Under the pieces are notes generated by a model. That model was not told the DNA's origin. It ran no database searches and worked only from the letters and a program-made list of their open reading frames with translations. A stretch of DNA of 64,000 nt from Dudresnaya verticillata (Eukaryota), in NCBI GenBank assembly GCA_977862235.1, contig OZ374560.1, forward strand, positions 1,860,001-1,924,000, given 5' to 3'. Shown here piece by piece: positions 50,209 through 59,255 of this stretch. The position numbers were made by a program, and so were the translations under genes. Position 1 is the stretch's first letter, and the number at the start of each line of letters is the position of its first letter.

Positions 50209-52791
50209 ATGGGTCCCGAGTGCACCTCCACCATGTCTCGTCTTGAAGAGCTTGACAAGGCATTGCAGATTGCCCAACAAGACCTGCTCAACGGGTCCGA
50301 AGATGTATTTCTCGAAAACCACCTCTGGGCATTTGAAGACAATTCTGATGTCTCCGACTTCTCCGAGCGCCTTGGAACACCCGCCCAGGACTTCCCATTC
50401 CAGCTCGACGACTTCCAGAAGCGCGCCATTCTGCAACTCAAAGACAAAAAGAAGGTCTTTGTCGCTGCACACACTAGCGCAGGAAAAACCGCCGTCGCAG
50501 AGTATGCAATCGCCTTGGCTGCTGCACAGAACAAGAGAACTTTCTACACTTCGCCGATCAAGTCCCTGAGCAACCAGAAGCTGAAGGATTTCCGCGACAA
50601 GTTTGATGAAATCGACGTTGGGCTTCTCACCGGAGACTTCAAGATCAGTTCACACGCAGAGTGTGTCATCATGACGACTGAGATTCTACGCTCAACTCTT
50701 CACAACAACGAAGATGACCTCGATGATGTTGAGTTTGTGGTATTCGATGAGGTACACTATTTGAATGATCCAGAGAGAGGAACGGTGTGGGAGGAGTGCA
50801 TCATGTTACTGCCCGCAAGAATCACCCTGGTCATGTTGAGCGCCACCGTTCCGAACGCTTTGGAGTTTGCTGAGTGGGTAGGACGGTTGAAGCGTAGGGA
50901 AGTGGTTGTCGTTGTAACAGAAAACAGGCCGGTCCCGTTAGAACACACTGTGCTAATCATGAATGGAATTGTTGATGCCTCCATGCAATCTGACTTCCAC
51001 TTGGGCCATCCATTCCAGGAGTTCCCTGCAGTCACCACGAGTCGGCAATTTGTCTTGCAGGACGTAAATCCTGGATACGGGCAGGTACAGATTAGCAGTG
51101 ATCCAGTTGCTAGGATGGGGACCGAGTGTGCTGCTGCGTTGATGAGACTACTCCTTGACAGGGAGGAAACGCCGGCAGTGGTATTTTGTTTCTCAAAGGC
51201 TGCGATTGACGACCTTGTCATGTCAATGTTTTCCGAAGACAAGCTTGACCTCTTGCCAGATGAAGAAGATAAGAAGAGAGTTCGAAATGTGTTTGCTCAT
51301 GCAACAGCAAGGCTTGAGATTGCAGAAGAGGACCAGAGCGGTCTTGAAGAGACGATACAAGTGTTGCAAAAGGGGTATGGAGCGCACCATGCAGGCTTGC
51401 TTCCAATTCAGAAGGAGATTGCGGAAATGCTGTTCTCCATGGGGCTAGTACAAGTGCTATTCTCTACTGAGACGTTTGCAGTCGGAGTCAACATGCCAGT
51501 CCGCGCAGTAGTTTTCGATGACATTCGGAAGTATGAGGGTGCGGCGTATCGGTTTTTGAAGACTAGCGAATATACCCAGATGTCCGGTCGAGCTGGCCGT
51601 AGAGGTATTGACAGTGTTGGGAAATCTTACATCCTGTTCCAGGATGAGGGTAAGTCTTTCCCAAGCGTCGATGAGATCCGCAGAATGACCGTTGGGCGTC
51701 CTGAGCCGCTCCACTCTTCATTCCGGTTGACATATAGCGTTATCTTGAACTCTATGAAGCACCCCTCAGTAAGCACCGAGGAGTGGCTCCGTGGTTCATT
51801 CATGCAGACCAAAAGGAGTTTGGACTGGTCTTACGTCCAAGGCATCATAGATGAAGCAGTTCTCCTGCTTGACACTACACACAGGGGTTTTCTTAAGCGC
51901 GTGTTCGGTATAGCCCTGAACACAGCTTCAGAAAACCGCAGCAGTGTACCTTTTTGTGATACAAGCAGCAGGGCTGGACCGTCGTCTTCTCGATTCAGCG
52001 GCACACCCAGGCCTATAGCTTTTCGACCAAATGCATGCGACAAAAAGACACTACAACTATCCATGTGTTCTGGAGAGCAAGATATCCCAAGGCGGCTTAG
52101 TCGGGAAGCACGCTTAGTGCTTCAGGTTCGGGTAACAGATAAAATATCCGACCTCCTGAGCGCAATGCGAGAGGAAGAGAAGACATCCCAAGAAAATATT
52201 TTGTCAAGGAAGTCGCAAGTCCTGCAAGGTTTTGGGTTTGTTGGAGAGAATGGCAAACTAACCAACAAGGGAAGGCTAGGCTGTCTGGTGAATACTGTTA
52301 ATGCCATCTACCTCACAGAGACGGTGCTATCTTGCTCTCTGGAAGACCTGACGCCTGTGGAGATCGCAGGTCTGTTTTCGTGCTTCCTCGAAGAACCAAG
52401 GCGATATGGGAAGTACAGGGCAAGCCGTTTCAAATACTATTATGATGTGTCGTTGGCTTACAACCGAGCAATTGAGAAAATGTTTCATATCTGGGAACGA
52501 GTCACGGATATTCAGAACAAGCAGGGTGTCATTGATGAAGAGCCCATTTTCACTCAAGGTCAGCAGAATCTCGTCCAGCATTGGGCTGATGGATGGCCCA
52601 TGTCCTCTCTAGTGCGAAACTACATTCAGGCCGGGGGTTTTGTCGTATATATGAGACGTTTGTGTGAGCTCATGAAAGAAGCGCAGGTCATTGCAAGGGA
52701 AGCCAGGAAACATCGGCTCTACCGTCTTGTAAGCAGGGCGATCCAGTCCGTTAATCGCGATGCGGTGAGCTCGGATTCTCTGTACTTTTAA
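50209..52791 (+). CDS. Ski2/Mtr4-family DExH RNA helicase, compact (about 860 aa; alternative start 50233)
   Basis: FPFQLDDFQK, AHTSAGKT, YTSPIKSLSNQK, MTTEILRS, FDEVHY, LSAT, STETFAVGVNMP, YTQMSGRAGRRG and a C-terminal DSHCT-like helical domain. Orthology to SKI2 is not certain. Confidence 0.93.
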   Translation: MGPECTSTMSRLEELDKALQIAQQDLLNGSEDVFLENHLWAFEDNSDVSDFSERLGTPAQDFPFQLDDFQKRAILQLKDKKKVFVAAHTSAGKTAVAEYAIALAAAQNKRTFYTSPIKSLSNQKLKDFRDKFDEIDVGLLTGDFKISSHAECVIMTTEILRSTLHNNEDDLDDVEFVVFDEVHYLNDPERGTVWEECIMLLPARITLVMLSATVPNALEFAEWVGRLKRREVVVVVTENRPVPLEHTVLIMNGIVDASMQSDFHLGHPFQEFPAVTTSRQFVLQDVNPGYGQVQISSDPVARMGTECAAALMRLLLDREETPAVVFCFSKAAIDDLVMSMFSEDKLDLLPDEEDKKRVRNVFAHATARLEIAEEDQSGLEETIQVLQKGYGAHHAGLLPIQKEIAEMLFSMGLVQVLFSTETFAVGVNMPVRAVVFDDIRKYEGAAYRFLKTSEYTQMSGRAGRRGIDSVGKSYILFQDEGKSFPSVDEIRRMTVGRPEPLHSSFRLTYSVILNSMKHPSVSTEEWLRGSFMQTKRSLDWSYVQGIIDEAVLLLDTTHRGFLKRVFGIALNTASENRSSVPFCDTSSRAGPSSSRFSGTPRPIAFRPNACDKKTLQLSMCSGEQDIPRRLSREARLVLQVRVTDKISDLLSAMREEEKTSQENILSRKSQVLQGFGFVGENGKLTNKGRLGCLVNTVNAIYLTETVLSCSLEDLTPVEIAGLFSCFLEEPRRYGKYRASRFKYYYDVSLAYNRAIEKMFHIWERVTDIQNKQGVIDEEPIFTQGQQNLVQHWADGWPMSSLVRNYIQAGGFVVYMRRLCELMKEAQVIAREARKHRLYRLVSRAIQSVNRDAVSSDSLYF

Positions 52792-52989
52792 CGTCGGAAG
52801 GAGCATAGTTCAAGATTTGCTGAGGCGTCTTGCTTCTAGTCCAACACGTTAAAAACTTCGTGGCTCCCAAGAAGAGAACATGTCCTGAGAAGACATCTGT
52901 TGTAAACCATAAGCTACGTATTGTTATTCATTGCTTCGATCTCAGTGTCAACAAAAGGCTGTGAGCTACAGCTATCACCGAGTTTGTGG

Positions 52990-53253
52990 GGGGGTCTGAG
53001 CGTTGAGCTTGTAGACCGCTCTCCAGCTTCGCACCAGTACACACAGGCGTGACTCGATCCCACGACCTCCATGGGGTATGTCCCAAGAAAATCGTGGACG
53101 AGAGGGCAGAGAGGTTGTTGAATCTGAGCCCATAACTATGAAAGAAGTTGAATAACAGAGTAGCAGATTAGCAGTGGTAGCGGTAACTTGTGGAACAAGT
53201 TTTACTAGAATCGAAACTGGGAATCTTGGATCAAGGCTTGCTAAAACTTTTCG
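52990..53253 (-). mobile_element. Old Copia remnant (short LTR, PBS, gag start)
   Basis: TCA|TAGTTATGGGCTC PBS at about 53126-53141 followed by PRFSWD, as in the Copia at 17400; boundaries approximate. Confidence 0.55.
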
Positions 53254-54467
53254 TACCTCATGCTTTGAAGTAGATGAAACCCTCTCCTTAAATATCGGTT
53301 TTAGGTAGTTTCGGTAAATGCTTCGGACAAAAGGATACTATTCTCTTCGTATCGAACAGCATACGATATGTACGAAATGGAGTTGGTATCATCAATATCG
53401 AATTGGTAGATGCTACATGTAACAGAGGAAGTATAGAACATGAAGGAGGTCGATAACGATAATTCATAATGCCAACGTATTGCTAATATCATTGCCAGCT
53501 AGCGTGCTCCAATGCGTCGCGGTGAGAATCAATCGCCGAAAGCTAGCTCCAACGCCTCTTTACAGTAGCTCTGATTCCTAAGCCCCCTTAAAGGGCTGCT
53601 CTCTTGCTCTTGAATAAAGGTCTCGTCTCTCTCTCTCTCTCTGTTACGAAGGCTAACTGCCTCCCTGCAAATTTTCTTTCCTCGGCTAAGTTACCACGTT
53701 CGTTCTCGTTCTTCAATATGTTACTGTTGGAGTTATTCTCCGCGAATGCTCCAGTTTTCGTACTCCTTCCCGTTCCGTTTGCAAATGAATTGTTAATAGC
53801 CAATATCAGATTAATTTTAGATCACTGCCCTCGATGAAATACCTGCTGTGGATACCTTAATAAAGCACTGCTGCTCTATTCTGTGCGACTCTCATTGATT
53901 TTCGTTTATGAGCATAGGCAGGCCATTCGATTTGCATTTGACCTGCTCTTATATGCTCTGTTTACTTACACTCTGGAGTATACCTCAACTTATGAATACC
54001 TTCTTGTAGTATATAGGCATAAGTTGTATCGATACAAGCTGGACGCATACAGCTGGCTATGTGCCAATGAATAGGTCTGCCCTCGTGAACAGCTGCGAAA
54101 TAAAAAACGGGGCCAAGTTGTTTGTCGTGGATTCTTGACGTGAACAAGTTTGGAGAGGATTCAGCTCCGCGCCAAAATCGCTTGGCTGCTAGATCGTAGT
54201 AAGATTTTTTATATCTCGTAGTTCCTGCATTCGAAGTTCAGTTCCTCCAGGGAAATCGCGAAGAGCACATAAACAGCGAGTAGGAAAGAGAAAGCAAGCT
54301 TCGTTCCGGCTGAGAAGGATCCACCGGCTGTGATGGCTAAGATTCCAAATTGATCCCGCAAAGCATCAGTTTTCTCATCACGGATATTTTGTCGGTGCGA
54401 CGTTACTATTAAAAGGTTTTCCTTTGACATGCTTTGCTAGCAAGGTGCAGGCCAAGGGTTCAGGGGG

Positions 54468-55160
54468 TCAGATGGAAAGGATTTCTGTGGCTGTCCTTAG
54501 CGAGAGTTGTGGCGTTGCACAATTAACGGTCATCTTCCACATAACATTTCGAGCAGCTATGATGCGTACGGTAACAACAGTGCTTTTGCCATCAAAGCCA
54601 TTAAAGCCGCGGATGAAGCTATCGCACGGAATGCAGCCGAATCCGTTAAACCTGGGCTTGAAGATGACCTTGCCCTCATAAATCAAGTCCAACCCAAAGC
54701 TTCCGAGCCCCGACTTTGTTCCATTCTCGCCGACAAAGTGGTACGTGAGGACAAGCTCACCCGTCCCGCGATTGACGTTGACTTGGAACTCGGTCTCGCC
54801 GCGAGACGACGGGCCGGAGACGGTGTACGGGCACGGGTAGGGCGTTTGCTGCAGCGGCGGAACGCACGGACTGGGCGATGGGGTGGGGCTTGGCGACGGG
54901 GTTGGACCGAGCGGGCAGTCGCAGCGGAAGCCCTTGTGATTCTTGACGCGGCATCTCTTCAGACGGTATTTGGATGGGCACAGGGCGCGCGCAGAGCCGT
55001 GGGTGTTCTTTCCTAGAAAGCAGAAGAGAGGGCATGTTTGGTGGCGGACCGCGGTTGAAAGTGTGAGGTGGTCGGCGGAAGACTGGCGAGTGCACAAGGT
55101 TAGAAGGACGACGATGAAGAGTAGACGTGGACGAGAAGGCAGACGTGGACGAGAAGGCAT
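54468..55160 (-). CDS. Secreted protein: 6-Cys N-terminal module, PTPSPSPTPSPSP linker, beta-rich C-terminal domain
   Basis: Signal peptide LLFIVVLLTLCTRQSSA, TATATA at about 55275-55280, 18-bp tandem duplication encoding PSRPRL twice. Confidence 0.85.
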   Translation of the reverse strand: MPSRPRLPSRPRLLFIVVLLTLCTRQSSADHLTLSTAVRHQTCPLFCFLGKNTHGSARALCPSKYRLKRCRVKNHKGFRCDCPLGPTPSPSPTPSPSPCVPPLQQTPYPCPYTVSGPSSRGETEFQVNVNRGTGELVLTYHFVGENGTKSGLGSFGLDLIYEGKVIFKPRFNGFGCIPCDSFIRGFNGFDGKSTVVTVRIIAARNVMWKMTVNCATPQLSLRTATEILSI

Positions 55161-55931
55161 ATTGCGGGAAAGCAGGGGGTTGATCTGAAGTTGGTTTGAG
55201 TTGGTTGGGTGAAGCGGGAGGTTGTTGGTGCGGGGCACTGTAGGTCATGGTGAAGGGGGGGCAGAGGCCAGGCCTATATACGATGGGACGTTGGGGGTTG
55301 CAGGCTTGTTACGCGAAGAAGGCATTGGGGCGTAGCGGGCGGATGCATGCTCGGAAGGCGTCTGCTGGAAGCTTGTTCTGCTCCGTGAAGGATGCAAGCA
55401 GATGCAATAGATGTTGCTTGTTGTTGATGTTGGCGTGATGTTGGTGTGGTTGAGTCCATAATGTGAAGTTTGGAGAGGTTGTTTGGGATGCAGGCGGCGA
55501 TACTGTAGTTTTCGAGGAGCATCTGTTGCGCGCCTCCTCCTCCACCCCTCCGGGAGATAGTTTTTGGGGTTTAGATAGAAGGGGTTTAGGGTGTATTGGG
55601 CGCTGGTGCACAGAACAGTACACTGCAACAGCTCGACACTGCGCTCATTGCTCTCTCGCGCCGCTTACACTATCAACCACACAGCTCCGTCGCCCTTTTC
55701 GCGTCGCACGTCGCCCGAACAGCGAAAGACCCCTCCGCCCTCCCCGTCACGCACCGAGTGCACCCCACCCCCACCCACAATGCCCATCGCATTCGCCGCC
55801 GCCTCCATTCCGACTCCGCTCCAACAACCACACCCACTCTCCCGCCGCCGCCGCCGCCGCCGCCCGATCCGCTTCCACCATCTGCCAAAGCCGTGTGCGT
55901 CCTGACATTCATTCCCCACTGCCCATCACAA

Positions 55932-56855
55932 ATGAGCCCGTCCACAGCCCTTGCCCCGCTCTGCCTCTTCGTCGCCTGTCTGGTCGTCCTCCGCACCTCG
56001 TCAAGAGCCCCGCTCCCCGACTTTCTCCGCTCCACCGCCTCGCCGCCGCGCGCCCCAATCCTCCGCACGGGCCACAACATCCTGTACTGGAAGCAGCACA
56101 AGACCGGCAGCACCAGCGCGCGGTACTGGCTACAGAGCCTGGCCACCAAAGCCGGGCTGCACTACAAGTTTGTCCCATCGGTCAACTACCGCTTCAAGCC
56201 ACCCACAGACCTGTCCACGCGCATCGGCACGCGCAACTGCACAGTCCTAGTCGGCCACATCTTCACGCGTTCCGCGCACGCGCGCGCGCACGAGGCCGCG
56301 CGCGGCGCGGTCGTGGCCACCACGCGCGACGTGTTAAGCTACCTGTGCTCGCGCTACTTCTACGCGGCGGAGTCGACGTACGCGGACGTGGCGGCCGCGC
56401 TGGAGAAGCCCATGTCCGGCAGCAGCCGCCTGTGGTGGACGCGCTGGCTCATGTACGACAAGTGCGAGGCCTTCCGCTACTACGACGGCGTGGACGGGTG
56501 CGACGTGTCGCCGAGCGCGCTGCGCGACCGCGCCGAGGCCATCGCGGCGCGTCTGGACTGCGTCATTGACACGGACCACCCGCAGCCGGACGCGGACGCC
56601 ATCTGTCGCGCCGTGGGCGTGCGCGACTGTCCCGTGTTTGGCGAGCTCAACAGCAAGGGCGCCGGTGGGTACGACAACCTGCTCGCGCTGCCGCATATCA
56701 AGCAGTCGCTGGAGCAACCTGCGTACGTCGTCGGCTTTCTGCGAGAGGCCATGATGAAGCGACGGTGTAGGTTCTTGCCGGTGCGCGACGGCGCCACCAT
56801 GGGCGATTTGCCGCCTGCAAAGTGGCCGACGACGGCGTGTCGCGCCAAGGCGTGA
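55932..56855 (+). CDS. Golgi type II membrane carbohydrate sulfotransferase-like protein (307 aa)
   Basis: N-terminal hydrophobic anchor, 5'-PAPS loop KQHKTGSTS, GH, 3'-phosphate-binding-like RDVLSYLCSRYFY; strong GC3 bias. Confidence 0.82.
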   Translation: MSPSTALAPLCLFVACLVVLRTSSRAPLPDFLRSTASPPRAPILRTGHNILYWKQHKTGSTSARYWLQSLATKAGLHYKFVPSVNYRFKPPTDLSTRIGTRNCTVLVGHIFTRSAHARAHEAARGAVVATTRDVLSYLCSRYFYAAESTYADVAAALEKPMSGSSRLWWTRWLMYDKCEAFRYYDGVDGCDVSPSALRDRAEAIAARLDCVIDTDHPQPDADAICRAVGVRDCPVFGELNSKGAGGYDNLLALPHIKQSLEQPAYVVGFLREAMMKRRCRFLPVRDGATMGDLPPAKWPTTACRAKA

Positions 56856-56891
56856 CGACGACGACGCGCAAAGCGGACGGACGCGGGGGCC

Positions 56892-56913
56892 GGGGGGGGG
56901 GGGGGGGGGGGGG
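56892..56913 (+). repeat. Poly-G tract (22 nt)
   Basis: Read directly. Confidence 0.9.
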
Positions 56914-57313
56914 ACGGGCGCGGTGTGGGTTGTGAGAAGGGGGAGGGAGCGCAGACCTTGTCGGGAAGAAAGTAGTGTCGCCCAGCTGGGCTTTGCGGTG
57001 GTGCTCGTCCAGTGTACACTGACAGGTGCGCAGTATTTATCCGTCGTGAAACGTATTTTTTCGTGGTTGGACAAAAAATAACAATAATAATAGCAAAGAT
57101 ATGCCTTCCTCGCCGTATCTCACCATCTCCATCATCGCAGCACAACACGTGTAACAAGGGATGGTCAATTCTGTGCTCGTGGCTCTCATGGCCCATGTCT
57201 GTAAGCATTACGGTCTGTGGAAGGTATGATACCGTACTGACTGGGAGGGGCACGAGTGATTTTGGAATAAACTTTGTCGCTTTGTTTGGGGGCCGGTACC
57301 ATCTCACCCTGGG

Positions 57314-58034
57314 TGTAGTAGAATGGCTTTGAAGCCAACAGAGACGGCGACACGGCACGACAGCTGTCCTCAAAGAGCGATCCCACTCGTGTGGTTGGTA
57401 GCTCGGTAAAGGGGTGGTAGAGACTTGAAAGGGCTTAAAGCCCTAACAAAGGAAAAAGGGAAAGGCGAACCCTGCTGAATACAGCAATTCGTCGTAGACG
57501 ACAGGGCTTGTAGACGCCCAAAGGGAAGTTGTAGCGGTAGCACCGTAAGCGTCCAAAAAGGGGAAAACCCAAGGCACAGACCGCTGCCGGTTTAGTGCCG
57601 GGCCCCTGCTACTCAGGGGCCCCATAAATACGGCGAGAGCCGAAAAAGTGCTACTCGCTCAGTTAGAGCTCTATGGCTAATACTTAGCTAATACTGTACA
57701 ATACAGATATGATACGTCCTTAGATAGGAATGAGTGGTCAGGCCACAAGACCAGCGCGGTGCCACTGTCAGGCGCCGCGGGGCAAACATCCGCCAGCAAT
57801 GCATGGCGCGATGGTGCGGTTCTGGTTAATCCCCGAATGGCACAGTGCCATATCAGCATTGTGCCTTACAAATTAACTCTGTACACGTGTTGCCTTACAG
57901 CGTAGGAGCGCTTCAGCAATCAAATCAATCTGTAAGCCAGCCATATCATCCGGGCAGTTGTGCGCCTTTCATTCCTTACAGAGGACTCGTGTCCACGTGG
58001 CTCCTTACAGGGCGTCAATGCCCGTTGTACCACA
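57314..58034 (-). mobile_element. Solo LTR family H
   Basis: Reverse homolog of 14968-15698; TSD CTGGG/CTGGA. Confidence 0.88.
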
Positions 58035-58673
58035 CTGGATGATAGGGGTGAGACGTTCTGGCATCTGATTGGTCCCCAGCCACGGTCTCTGTTACGCCGC
58101 TGGAGGGTGCGCGGCAAAAGCTCACAAATTTTATTTGCATTTTGCATCTTCGCGCGAACCCAGACGGACTCACTCGGAAGACCGGCGGCGTACGTATTAC
58201 GAAGCGACCGCCTCCCCCCCGCGCGAGAGAGTCAAAACGGTAAAAACAGCTTGATATCACTAAGAATGTGGTCAGGCTACTGCGAGGGTGTTCCACCCGA
58301 GCCCTTTTCCCCATTACCCCCGTCCGCCCCGCTGACCCCTTTGCTCGCTAACTCCCTCGCGTCGCGGAAACAAGTTGCTCTTGTTGCGACCCGCGGGCCC
58401 CTACGACTCTCACAACAATCCGGATTAGAGTGTCGCAAGACGCGCTCGAGTTCAACCACACAAAGTCCGACCAAGCTAAAGCGCTGATCTACACCGATCG
58501 ACACCATGTTCAAGGCCACAGCTGTACGCACTAAGACCCAGGCTAGTACGAAGTATAGCCGTATCAAGAAGAGACTCGACACTGCAGTGGTGAAGGATCC
58601 GTTCTTCGAGGAACTGCTCAATGTGAGCCGGTCGATCCTTGAGACCTATTCACAGAGAAGCTCGGGAAACACC

Positions 58674-58923
58674 TGTGGTATAGACGCTATCCGTGAAATG
58701 ACTCCGTGGCCTACGTGAAAATAATCGAGAAATACGAATTTCGAAATGACTCCGTGAATGCGCACGCCACGATGGCAAACGTATTACAGTGCGCATACTG
58801 TGCGCACGCCACGATGGCATACGCATTACAGCACGCACGTGATACGAAATCGCTGACACCTCCGGACGAATCCCGGGCCGACTTCGTGATCGCGCGCGCC
58901 ACGATGGCATTCGCATTACAGTG
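58674..58923. mobile_element. LTR family C fragment, orientation opposite to 31643-32484
   Basis: Reverse complement of about 32235-32484. Confidence 0.88.
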
Positions 58924-59255
58924 TGTGGTATAACGAAATCCACGGAGACCCGGGGAAGTCTCGCACTGTAAGTAATGGCCTCGGAGCCTAACGAATGGCC
59001 TCGTAGCCTAACGGAGAAACGAAAAGGGGTGGTACGTGGTAGAGCGGAGCGACCAACACGAAGGACCACGGTGTCAACGTATTCGTGTGCGGAAGGGAGA
59101 ACTCGAGCGATCGATCACCGGGGATGACTCCGGGTGCGCGGGGCTATCGAAAGCGAGGCTCGACCGTATCCGCGGTCACGAAGACGAAGACACCGAGCTC
59201 GAAGAAACAGGCGTTTACCGAAGACTGCCAGGTCCGGGCGCTAGCCGCTTATCCG
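58924..59255. mobile_element. Second LTR family C copy inserted into the first in opposite orientation, itself cut by D
   Basis: Matches 31643 to about 31970, starting at its TGTGGT terminus. Confidence 0.88.

Noticed and set aside
55463..57373. Long overlapping ORFs around the sulfotransferase
   Set aside because: Shadow frames of a GC-rich gene.
58506..58673. Short ATG ORF cut by LTR C
   Set aside because: Only 56 codons visible; product unidentifiable.
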